Shown: positions 50,250-60,958 of the stretch, piece after piece | Layout of the letters: each line of letters starts with the position of its first letter | Position numbering within the stretch: position 1 is the first letter of the stretch | Assembly (NCBI GenBank): GCA_964019335.1 | Contig: OZ025689.1 | Location: 186,001 to 250,000 of the forward strand | Direction of reading: 5' to 3' | Source of the DNA: Diplonema japonicum | Lineage: Eukaryota > Protista > Euglenozoa: Diplonemea | DNA length: 64,000 nt | The notes under the pieces: model-generated | Told to the model about the DNA's origin: nothing | What the model saw: the letters and a program-made list of their open reading frames with translations, nothing else | Database searches by the model: none | Made by a program: the position numbers and the translations under genes

Positions 50250-50585
50250 TTACTCGAGCTCGTCCACGTCGATCCCGCTCAGGATGGCTCGCCGTCTCAT
50301 CACGTCATCGTTCCAACTTATCTTGTCGCTGTTCTTGGGGGCGAGGACCACCTCCGGCCCGTCTAATGGGTACAGCTCGTAGTCTCGTATATCGAAAGAA
50401 CCGTCGGTGTTGATGCACAGTCTGGTCATCGGTTCTATGTAGGTACCTTTGTCTATGAACAGCTGGTGGTCCGGAATGTGACTTTGATGCAGTTTTTGTA
50501 ATTTGTGAGCCGCCTCATCGTTTATGAACGGTTTGTAGTACCCCAGCACACGCATTGTGCAGCTGAACAGCCCTCTTCGCTGCAT
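50250..50585 (-). CDS. Small putative mitochondrial protein (weak resemblance to mitoribosomal bL31m)
   Basis: Presequence-like MQRRGLFSCTMRVL; INTDGSF motif. Family call is weak. Confidence 0.5.
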   Translation of the reverse strand: MQRRGLFSCTMRVLGYYKPFINDEAAHKLQKLHQSHIPDHQLFIDKGTYIEPMTRLCINTDGSFDIRDYELYPLDGPEVVLAPKNSDKISWNDDVMRRRAILSGIDVDELE

Positions 50586-51125
50586 TCTTTTTTTTTTTAT
50601 ATATTTTTTTTCTTTCTTTCTTTTTCCTTATTTTGTTTATTCGTTGTGCGTAAGGGGGAGGGGGGGGGAAAAAATAGCGGGGGGGGAGGGTACTTCTTTT
50701 TTTTTCTTTTTCCTCCCTTCCTTCCTCTCCATCCTTTGAATAAACTGTCAGCGACAGCGTCAAAATGGTGTGAGCGTGGGACTTTTTTCTTCATATCTCC
50801 TTTTTTTTTTTTTATTTATTTTCTCCAGGACGCGTTGCTTAAACAAACATTCCCATGATGTGGGGACGGGGGTGAGGTGGGGTTGTTAGCTATAACCCAC
50901 CACGGAAGGAAGAAGGAAATGACAACAATGGCCGGGAAAAGAAGGGGGGGGGGGGAAAGCCACCTCTATTTTCTCTCTTTTTTCTTTCTTTTTCTTGATC
51001 TGGCGCCATCCAACCTTGATAGGGAATGAAGCCACACTTTCTTTTTTTCTTTTGTTGTTTCCTCTTTTCTTTTTCTTTTCTTTTCTCCCCGACCTCGCCT
51101 AAAAGTTTCATTCCGAGGGTACTAT

Positions 51126-51195
51126 TCAATTCGAATTCTGAAGTCTTTCATAGGTAGATCGCACCTTCTTCATGAGCTCGAAGGGATCCTGGTTT

Positions 51196-51227
<32 letters not shown>

Positions 51228-52469
51228 TGTTTGCTTATTTTAAATAATTTATAAAGTTCATACCTGCCCCACATTGTTTGACCCATAAAACTCCATTGCC
51301 CCCACATCATTTCTCACGTCATTTGGGGCACCTCTATCAATGATGCGAGCCACAGCCGGGATATGAGGGGCGGCATCATTCAACTGCTCAAACACAACGC
51401 TGGCAGAGAATGCTCTGGTCCCCGCGTCGAGCAAAGAAGCAATTGCAACGTGTAGCATCACGGCAAAGGACTCTTGGTTCGACCTCCCAAACACGATGAT
51501 CTCACGCTCCTTGACAGGAGTAAGGTGGACCATTAAAATTGTCGATCCCTTCTTAAGCACAAGCCCAAGACTGTCATGAACCACAGCAATGTCAGACCAC
51601 ATGTTACCCCCGTACGTTGCCGCGTACTTTGCTGCCTTTTGCCGGCTTTCCTCAGCCTTTTGATAATAGAACGTATTAATACTCATTTGCATGTGTTGGT
51701 GGATCTGCGAGGCGGAGGCTCTACCAGTGGAGTCCCACATTAAATGCGGTGCGACTGCTGTGCCGTCTGCCGACCTTACACTTTCAAACCATTTCCGTGC
51801 TGTTGCGATGTAGTCAATGATCGCTTCCTGCGACACTTCCAACGGGGAATGATGTTTCGAAATCAGCAACGAATGCCACTTCTCGTACTTTGCAACGTTC
51901 GCCGCCACGTAGCAGTGCTTTCCGTAAATCTTCCCGAATATATCAGAGGCAGTTCTGTCCGGGTTGCAGAAGTCGCACCCTGCGCCTTTCGTGTCTTCGA
52001 TTTGCTTCTTTAAAAGATCTTCCTCAGCCTCCGTGAGCTTCTCCCTGTACCCCGGTCTGTACCTTCTGATCTTGTTGAACAACGAGTGTTCATACGTGAT
52101 TTTGTTGCGAATGGTCACCAATGTCTGTTTCTCAACAAAATGCAGACTCTCCGAGCCCCCAGGGTACGCCTTGAACATGTCCTTCACCTTTTCTTGGAAC
52201 GTGTCCGGAACTGTGAGCCTCGCGTCCTTCTCATCAACACGGTATAGCCTGTCAAAGAGAACTCTGTCGTCGATAGCGCGGAGGTACCCCGGGAGGTCCG
52301 CCACGGTCGAGACAATGTAGTCTGTGTTCACCTTCTGGTTGCCTATCTTGTCGCTTAAAGCGTACGCGGCGCCACTTTCTCCTGTCTTTTGCATCTTGAA
52401 CAACATCATAACCGCCACCACCACCACCGTGAGGAGGATCAGCTTCTGGCTTGTCACCCGCCGCGTCAT
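51126..52469 (-). CDS. Membrane-anchored GalT/HIT-fold nucleotidyltransferase/hydrolase-like protein; exons 51264-52469, 51126-51188
   Basis: N-terminal signal anchor; CDFC, NVAKYEKWHSLLI, ASASQIHQHMQ (HxHxQ), GAMEFYGSNNVGQ|DPF; 75-nt intron 51189-51263. Confidence 0.75.
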
Positions 52470-52701
52470 GGTGCCCTCGCCCTGTGACTGGTGTAGGAAG
52501 TTCTTTTTATAAATATTTTCTTATAAAAAAAAAAAGAAACGGAGTTTTTTAAAAAGTTCCGTCGTTGTTACTTAAAGGGAAGATGTACTTACTAACCTTG
52601 GACCTGGGGCTAAGAGGGCCAGAGGTCTTGCTGCAATACTTTGGTGGATGGTTTTCCGGTAAGAACGGGAGGGGAGAAGAGAACAGGGGTTTGGAAAAGC
52701 C

Positions 52702-55700
52702 TCAGTGTTTCTTCTTCTTCTTCTTCTTTTTCTTGCCGGGAGTCGCGCTGTTCCTTCGGCCCTCGCTCATCATCGACGGACGTCGGATGCTTGATTCGGA
52801 CAACCTAGAGCTCTTCCTCCTGCCGCTAGAATGCGAAGTTCTTCGAGTGTTCAACTTGATGGGCTCGAGTCCCTCAAAGCTGAGCATGGAAGTGTCTTTG
52901 ATCAGCACGGACGCTGGGAAAAGGTCAGTCGACTCGTTGTCGAACTTCAGCCAGAAGAGGTTCTTGCCTCTGTCGAAAAGTACCACTGTAGCACTCTGGC
53001 AGCAATGCCTGGCCCGTGTTCTGTCCCAATTCAACCCCGCTGCTTCAATGGCCTTTTTAAGCACCGTGGGTTCCGGCAAGACCACCCTAGGCTGAAACTC
53101 TTCGAGTCGCACGGGAACCTTGTCCGACAGATGTGGGGCTTTCTCCCTTAGCAAGTCAGTCAGTGCATGGTCTCGTCGTAGGGCGGCGAGCTCCAACGCA
53201 AGAAACCCGCCCCCGTTTGCCTCCACATTCGCGTTGTTGTTGAGCAAAACCTTCGCTGCATGCAGATGCCCGCCTGAAGCGGCCACTTGCAGGGACGTTT
53301 GCCGTGACTCGTTGATGGCTTCAACAGAGGCACCTAGTTCCAGCAGGGTACCTATTCCCTCCGAATTGCCGATCTCGGCTGCTTTGATTAAGTTGGCGTC
53401 AAGGGCGGTGATGTGGCCGACGACAAGCTTCATAAGTCGTTTGGCGACGCGGATGCCTTCTGGTGTGTAGAGGGCCTGCTCGTAAGGGTCGAGCAGGCAT
53501 CGCAGCGACTCGTCAGTGTTCTTCTTAGAGAGGTAGTGTATGACGTTGAAGAGCTGCATAACGTACTTCGGGGCGCCTTCGCCTGTGATGAGCGGGACCA
53601 TGCCCCGCAGGTAGGTCTCGATCGCATCGAACTCGTCGACTTCCTCCATTGAGAAGAGCTGCAGGTTCTGCTTGTCGAGGATCATCTGGTGCTCCTCCGC
53701 GAGACTGTTCGTGACGCGAAAGATGGTGTTCGGTGGGTACAGCCACTCAGACTCACGAGCAAACCTGCTCCAGTGTGCTATGCAGACACAATTCCTCCCC
53801 AACAACGTGAACACAGCAGCCGTGCTGTCCCCCTTCGCAAACGCTGCAGCGACACCCCTATCAAGCGACGACGACGAGAACTGCCCCCACAACACAATCT
53901 TATTCGTATCATACACCCTCCTGTCCAAAATAACTCCTTGCAAACCCCTGTAATTTTTGATCCCTTGCTGCGGCGGCACGATTTCGTGCGGGATGGGGTT
54001 CGGGGAAGGCACTGCGCGGAGCAGCTCTAGAGCCTGGTCGAGGTAGAACTGGAGGGGGAGCACCTGCTGCAGCATCCAAATCCCAATGGAATAAGAACAG
54101 TGTTCCGGCTTCAAAGCAGTCACATTGTTTCCTGAAGCTCGCGCAATCCACTTCTTTTTGTGGTAGTAAATCTTCCTAGCAGGGGTTGTCGTCCTCACGA
54201 ACTGAACAGGCTTTGTCTTCTGATAAATTAACTCGAGTGCTTCTTGCGAGGTTGGCGGGTTTGAAGCCGTGTACTTCCCGTCGAAATCATTGCTCTGCGT
54301 CTGAACGGAGAGGATCGTGTCGTGGTTGTGGAACTGGTAGTTTCGCATGGCGGCGTTGATGTGCCAGTAGATCTGGTCATCGAAGGCGTTCTTGAGTCTG
54401 AAGACTTCAATTGGCTCAGAACGGGGCTTCACCTCCACAACGAGGAACGGTGCACTGGCGAGGTTGATGCAATACGTTTTCTCGTAAAGCACCAGCTTCT
54501 GTATGTCTAATGCGTGCGCAATGTGCTGAGGAGTCATTTGTGTTTTTTCACTGATTTTTGTCTTAAGTATCATCCGAATCGCGTCCACAATCAACGGGTA
54601 CTTCGGGTCCCTTTTAGGTGGTGGTGGCACAAGCTGAGAATCTTTCTCAATCAGTTCAGTATACTGTGCAGCTAGGTAAGCGTCGTGCTTCTGCTGATCC
54701 ACCGTGTTGAGGCAGCTCTTGATGAGTTCGGTGGCTTTCTCCCCGACAACCCTTTTGCAGACCCAGTTCGAAGCCCAATTCAAACTCTCTTTCGGACTTC
54801 GTGAATATAAATACTCGATGAGCCCTGGCGGCGGTAGCTGCTCTAAGGGCGACGCGAACAAAGTCGAGGTTCCAAGCTTCAGGCACGGCAGCCAGAGCAC
54901 TGTGTCGTGCAGAGGTGCGATCTCCTCGTCGCCCCTTGATGTGTTGTTGTACCGTACTAACACCACCTTGTCCTGCCTGAAGACATCAATCTCAAACTTG
55001 GTGTTCAGCGGGACTGCCCGCAACGTCGGCTGTACATCACCCACTTTGCTGTTCTTAAACCAAGCAGGGTTGACTGTCAGCTGCGTACCTTCAAACTCAG
55101 AGAAGGCCTGCTCCAGGTCATCCGTGAGATGCGACAGAACTTCCCAACATGCCTTCTGCTTCGAGCTAACCCACGCCACCCAGACTACTCTGTTGAACAG
55201 CGACAAGCTGTATGTGTAGAATGGCAGTACCAAACCTGGTGTTTGATTTGCCGAGTGCCACCTCTCTATGACAGCAAGGTTGCCAAGCAGATCGGTGACA
55301 GTGTCTGTTGGCCACATCAGGCCTTTGGGCGACCGCCACGAACTGACGTCTTCGATAGTCTGCCGCACCGACCTCGAAGGAATCCAATCTTTCGCGTAGA
55401 ACTCAAGCTTCTCCACTTCTTCAGGCGCTTTGGCTTCGTTGATGCCATCTGCGTACTTTGCAGAGCTTTCGTTGTCACCCCCCTTCACGGCCTTCCCATT
55501 TGCTGCCCATTTTCGCAGCTCTCGCTGCATGGCTATTGGACCGATTGCTCTCTTAATGGTGTCAAGACTTATACCCACCATTCCTGTGTCTCCTTCGTCA
55601 GATAGTAGTTTTCGTATCGTTTTCATCAGCACGAAGCTCGGCTCCTCCACTGCTGTGCCGGCTTTACGAAATGTATCCTTCTTCACGAGCTTTGTTCTGA

Positions 55701-56565
55701 ACGCATCGCTCTTCCTCAGTGGGCTGAGTACATCGTCGACATCCTGTGACTCCTTGATGTTCAAACGCATCCTTTCTACGTTTGCCGCTTCTCGCACTGC
55801 ACGGTCGGTGGCCGCAACGACTTCCTTCTTTAACTCCGTGTTCTTGTCCTCCGCCTCTACCTTCAGTGCCTCCAAATGGCGTATCACCTCTTCTCTCTGC
55901 TTTAACTCTTTCCACACCCAAGGGGGCTGCTTTGACTTTTGCATATTTCTATGGTCTGCGGTCATTGCCCTCTTAATATCCCCAGCATGCACACGATCCA
56001 CTTCACTGGCTGTAAGGTTCAATTGATGAAGAGGTGTTTTAGGACGGCTTGTTGGTGACACAAGTTGGAGAGGTGGAGAGGGTGTGAAAATAGGGCTGGG
56101 GACAGGGGGACCGGAGCACACTGGTTGGCCGCTGTTGATGGTAATTGAGATGCCACTGTGTGGGGGCAGCAATCGTGGTGACAACTCTGGAGAGTGTTTC
56201 GGAGAAGGAGTACTAGATATTAGCACAGGCTGAAAAAGCGACAAAACTGAGGGACGGGTACGGCACTGCTTGATACAAGGGGGTAGGTTGTGAGTGACGT
56301 TGGCAATGTCGGAGAGCGTTCGCAGCTTTGTTAAAATCGTGTCTGCTTCTCGCATAGGGAGCGAGAACTTCTTGTTGACATCGGGCAGGCTTACAACATG
56401 CCCCATAGTGAAGTACCTGGGATTGAGCTCCGGAGTGGTGTACACTATATTTCTTGCAGTGAAGGTCTCGTGCCCTACCTTGAACAACAAACTGCACCCA
56501 AATGCCACCCTTATAACCACTGTGTGGCCTGAGATCCTGTCTTTGAATGAGACATGTACGTCCAT
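52702..56565 (-). CDS. Multidomain R-S-E type ADP-ribosyltransferase with ankyrin repeats
   Basis: YRGL…WGQFSSSS…SRFARESEWLYPPNTIFRV; ankyrin repeats LIKAAEIGN…LLELGASVE, TSLQVAASGGHLHAAKVLLNNNANVE. Confidence 0.85.
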   Translation of the reverse strand: MDVHVSFKDRISGHTVVIRVAFGCSLLFKVGHETFTARNIVYTTPELNPRYFTMGHVVSLPDVNKKFSLPMREADTILTKLRTLSDIANVTHNLPPCIKQCRTRPSVLSLFQPVLISSTPSPKHSPELSPRLLPPHSGISITINSGQPVCSGPPVPSPIFTPSPPLQLVSPTSRPKTPLHQLNLTASEVDRVHAGDIKRAMTADHRNMQKSKQPPWVWKELKQREEVIRHLEALKVEAEDKNTELKKEVVAATDRAVREAANVERMRLNIKESQDVDDVLSPLRKSDAFRTKLVKKDTFRKAGTAVEEPSFVLMKTIRKLLSDEGDTGMVGISLDTIKRAIGPIAMQRELRKWAANGKAVKGGDNESSAKYADGINEAKAPEEVEKLEFYAKDWIPSRSVRQTIEDVSSWRSPKGLMWPTDTVTDLLGNLAVIERWHSANQTPGLVLPFYTYSLSLFNRVVWVAWVSSKQKACWEVLSHLTDDLEQAFSEFEGTQLTVNPAWFKNSKVGDVQPTLRAVPLNTKFEIDVFRQDKVVLVRYNNTSRGDEEIAPLHDTVLWLPCLKLGTSTLFASPLEQLPPPGLIEYLYSRSPKESLNWASNWVCKRVVGEKATELIKSCLNTVDQQKHDAYLAAQYTELIEKDSQLVPPPPKRDPKYPLIVDAIRMILKTKISEKTQMTPQHIAHALDIQKLVLYEKTYCINLASAPFLVVEVKPRSEPIEVFRLKNAFDDQIYWHINAAMRNYQFHNHDTILSVQTQSNDFDGKYTASNPPTSQEALELIYQKTKPVQFVRTTTPARKIYYHKKKWIARASGNNVTALKPEHCSYSIGIWMLQQVLPLQFYLDQALELLRAVPSPNPIPHEIVPPQQGIKNYRGLQGVILDRRVYDTNKIVLWGQFSSSSLDRGVAAAFAKGDSTAAVFTLLGRNCVCIAHWSRFARESEWLYPPNTIFRVTNSLAEEHQMILDKQNLQLFSMEEVDEFDAIETYLRGMVPLITGEGAPKYVMQLFNVIHYLSKKNTDESLRCLLDPYEQALYTPEGIRVAKRLMKLVVGHITALDANLIKAAEIGNSEGIGTLLELGASVEAINESRQTSLQVAASGGHLHAAKVLLNNNANVEANGGGFLALELAALRRDHALTDLLREKAPHLSDKVPVRLEEFQPRVVLPEPTVLKKAIEAAGLNWDRTRARHCCQSATVVLFDRGKNLFWLKFDNESTDLFPASVLIKDTSMLSFEGLEPIKLNTRRTSHSSGRRKSSRLSESSIRRPSMMSEGRRNSATPGKKKKKKKKKH

Positions 56566-56628
56566 GTCTAGCGGTCATTTCTTATCTTCCTAGAGGCAGT
56601 GAAGGTGCACGAACTAGTAACATAGTTT

Positions 56629-59600
56629 TCACTTTAAAGTCGGCAGAGCACCCTTAACGTGCACCAGACGGAAGTCTGATTCCACGTCTTCGGCGAGTAA
56701 CAGAGGCTTCGGACGTGCAGACTGTCGCCGCTTGCTGCGGCCCTGTTCAGGCACGAAAGAAGGTGTGATGTAGCGCTTTGCGGGTGCCCAGCCACCTATT
56801 CTGTCGGGGATGCTCTTTACGGTGAGGCATGAAACAGCGTCAGAGAAGACCGACTTTTGCGATGGGGCAGGAGAAGAGATACTATTGGGAATGTGACCCC
56901 TTGGTACCACGAGACGCAGCATGTTGTCACTGTCACCTACGTAGCCCAGTGCCGCCACGTCAAGCTTTGGTTTCGTTTTCTTAGAAAGCTGTTTCAACAC
57001 TGCGATGGTTGGGGTTGCCTGCTGCGGTTCGGTGGTTCTCCTCAAGGCGGAAGTGAGCTCTTTTGACAGCACATCTCGTCTGTCTTTTGACTCGCCTTCT
57101 ACGATGGCACGGAGGCGGTTCTCTGAGGTGGTTTCTTTGACCTCCATCCTTGGGGACCCAAGAACCTTCAGCATATGTCTTGTCTCGATCTGGCGTTGGG
57201 CAAAACCTTCGATGGGGTTGCGATCGCATCGTGTGGAGTAGGCCGTGTGTCTCGGAGAGAACTCCATCTTCGACACAAGCGACTGTAAGGGTGTCTCAGA
57301 AGGGACGTCCTTGTCGACTTGACTAACAGAGAATGGCTGCTTGATTCCTTCAACTACCTTGGTCCAGACGCACGTTGTGCCAAGCAAGGTAACGAACTGT
57401 GCCCGCACAGCACGCCGCAGCCTTGCCCACAAAGTGGCCGTGCGCAGCCTCACCTTGCCCCTTTCGGAGCGTGGCAGTGTGAAGCACCACTGGTTCGTAA
57501 GCAACGGTCCTTGACGCAGTGACGTCATTAGGCTCCCATCCATCGCCCAGATGTGCACCTTCATATCATATCCGCATGTTATGACACACTGGACGGGATC
57601 GCTGAGCACAAGGATGCTGACGATGCCTTCTTCGTGTGCCTGCCAATTTAGCACGACGTTCGGCATGTAACTGTGGCAGTTCAGCGACACCTGCTCACCT
57701 CGCCGTGTCACTTCCTGTTGAATGCCTGGTCTTTCTTCACATACCTGGAAGTACGCGTTGCAATCCTCTGAGCCAGCCATTCGCATCACCACAGACATGT
57801 CCCAGCACGTCACAGTGCCGAGCTCGTTGGCCACATACATGTAGCAGGGCTCGTACCATGCAATGGAACTAACGGTTGGCACGACTGACGGCTATGGTTG
57901 GGTGTTGTTTTGCAAGGCACCATACCTTGGCAGGCGCTGTGGGGTCCAGCAGAGAAGCAAGCAGCTTTTTCGCCATTTCGTTGTTCCGTGCTTGTGAACA
58001 GACGAAGCCTGAACTCCTGTACAATTCAATGTAGATTAATTGACATGCATACTCATCACCCGAATCCACATCTTCACTGAGGACACCTGACCGCGGCATA
58101 GCTTTCGGGGGGTTGGATGCGTACCACCTGCACAGGCACACGGGCACATCTAGGTTTGCCCATATGTGGAATGCCCCGTGTGTGTCACCAGTCAATATTA
58201 CATTGAGACAATATTTCCCACAGCACAACTCTGTGTCCTGAGGGTGCCCCATTTTAGCAAGACGCTTGAGGCTGCTGTTGATGATTGACAAGCTGTAGAC
58301 GTACGCGGACCGTCCCACGCAGGTGACGAGCACTTGCGGTTCTGTAGGTGAGATGGCTACGTCGCGCACATCGACCGAGAAGCTGAGCTTTGCTACAGCA
58401 TCGACACCCCTGTTCTTCTCTTCGGGGATGGGAAACATCGAACGCTTCCTCCTTGGCGATTTTGCATATGGCGATTTTGGCGACATAACTTCCGGCGACT
58501 GTGGACGGCTGTGCAAAAAAGCTTTTTCCGTGGCGCTTTTTGAGACTAGTTTCTTGAACTTCGAGACGGCTGCGCTTGTCGCGTCGCTTTTCTCGCCTGT
58601 CTTCCTTGGGAGGAACATCTTGCTGATGGCGCCGAAGGGGTGCTGTGCCTCGTTGATCTCATCTGTGAAGGTGGAAAAGACAGGTTTCTTGATCTTCGGG
58701 AGCACGGCGCGAAGTGCAATGGGCGGGTCGAGGTCGTACCACACACACAGGTGACCACCTGCATACACAGCGACGTACATCTCGTGCCTTGATGAGAAGG
58801 AAATTGCTGTTATGGCGCTAGCGTGCTTTTTGAATGTTCGCAGCACCGTTCCTGTCATGATAGATACCACGGTGAGCGTTCCGCACGTGTTCCCAACGAG
58901 CATCTTGCATGGCTTCCGGTCGTCCACCACCAGGGCTGCGATCGATGACGGTGTCAGACCGGAAAACGTCTTATCGAGCGCACCTGAGTCGGCGTTCCAC
59001 AAGCGGACCTCCTTCGTGGACGCTGTGAGGAACAAACATTCCGTGCGGAGGTAGTAGCATGCCACCATGCTGCAGTCGGGGACGTGCGCCATCCTTGGGA
59101 CGTCGCTTGACTTCGACTCGTGTTCAAATACATACAGCTGTTTCGAACCGTACACCAGGTGTCTGTTCTTATTTCCCGTGTGCACTACAGAGTGCACCAC
59201 CACATCGTCACTCCCAACCTGCGGCCTCACATTGAAGGACTCCAACATCTGAAACGTACGAATGTCAAATATTTTGGTGACACCTGTTGTGTCCACCGTG
59301 ATGACATGCGGTGTGTTTGGGATCAAGCACACTCCTCCAAGGGGGGCTGCATGGGGGCTGTTTGGGTCTGATAACCGGAAGGAGGGTATGGCGGGCATGT
59401 TATCTACCCATATCAAGGCATACGGCTCGATACCAGAAGTGATAAGAAAATGGTAGCTGTCCACATGGCTGACAGAGTACACACCGTGCTTGTGCCCAGC
59501 CTTGCTGTCGTACTCGGTGACGGTTTGCTCCTTGTTGAGGGACACAGTTTGTATCTTGTTGTCAAGACCTACCGTTATAAGAGAGTCGTTGGGGAGCGCC

Positions 59601-60577
59601 ACCATGTCGGTCACTGACGAGGTGTGCGCCTTTATTTGAAAAAGGGGTTTGAACGAGGCGGTCATGAACTTGTCGAAGTCAACGGTAATGACAAGCCCCT
59701 GCCTGTCGCCGATGAATAGTCTGTTGGACGCTTGGGCGTATGTCATGCATTTAGCGGAGTGCTGCAGGGTAGCTTCGCGGACAACTGACTCTGTGCTGAT
59801 GTTCCAAGCTCGCAAACGAAAGTCAGACGTTGCGGTTAAAAGCAGTTTTGGGTTTGGAATGTACTCTGTGTTAAGAACGGCGGAGTCATGTTCCAAAACC
59901 TTGGTCTCTGCTTCGCCAAACACAGGAACGTCACAATCTAATAGAGAGACTTTCTTCTTGGAGACGGCGACGACCTTGTCGAGACCGGGGTAGTACCGCA
60001 TGCTGGTGAAGAGCTCCTTGTGCTCTTCTATGCTGAGGGATATCTTGCCGACGTGGTTGTAGCTCGTCTCGGAGAGGCGGCTCGCTTGTTTCAGATTGTT
60101 GGACGATGGGTCGTGCATGATGTTGTCGATCAGGAAGTTCATGAAGTCATCCCAGACAACGCAGCCATTCTTAGCCACGTCGACTGCGACGTAAAGCGCT
60201 TTGATGTAGTTGTCCAAGTCGGGGAGCCGGCTAGTGGACTTCCGCGGCACACCGTCTATCAGGAACCTCCCCGACTTGTCGAACAGCTTCAGATTAATCA
60301 GCAACGCTTGGAACAAAAACAGAAAATCTTGAGGCGACGCGATTTCCCCGCACTGCGTGTCCCACAGTTGTTTTAATACCACGAACTGTTCCTCGTTGAT
60401 CACGCTCAGCAGGCCCCTTGCGCTCACACCGTGTTTCTGTATGTGTTCCGGTGTTGGGTCGAACTCCTTCTGAAACTTCAAATACCTATTCCATGTTCCA
60501 ACCAGCTCTTTGCATCCTTTCAGCTTCCGCCACTTTGCCTTCCCCGCAGTTGGAGTCCCCGTCTGAGATCCTGCCAT
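56629..60577 (-). CDS. EF-hand + WD40 repeat protein (WDR49/EFCAB8-like architecture); exons 58053-60577, 57926-58016, 56629-57891
   Basis: EF-hand-like VDVAKNGCVVWDDFMNFL followed by many WD40 repeats; intron 57892-57925 joins the two long ORFs; 58017-58052 is a probable in-frame intron. Confidence 0.8.
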
Positions 60578-60958
60578 CTCTCCATTTCTTTCACCCTAAA
60601 TCTCCTGTGGGAGGTATTTAAAAAAAAAGGGGGGGGGCTGGTTAGGTGCCTCGGCTTTACGTTACTCCACCCATTGTGCTGATGATGGCTTTCGTGAGAA
60701 TGAAAGGGAAAAGAACCGAAATGAAATGCAAAAAAAAAAGGCACAGACAAACAGGCCAGGAAGTAAAGGGGAATCGGGAAAGGGGGGGGGGGGGGGGGGG
60801 GTACATCTAAGGAGGAAGAATTGTCGAGTAACAGGAGGGGGAAGAAAAAGGAATAAAATAACAACAATATTATGAAGAAACGGGGGTTAAGGAGACGGGG
60901 GTGGGGCGGGGGGGGGGGGGGGGGTTTCGCCCTCTTTTTTTTCTCTCTTATTTCTCTT

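Noticed and set aside
52702-52740. Poly-Lys C-terminus of the ART protein as another A-rich intron
   Set aside because: Encoded mostly by AAG codons with no GT donor; a GC-AG intron cannot be excluded but is unsupported.
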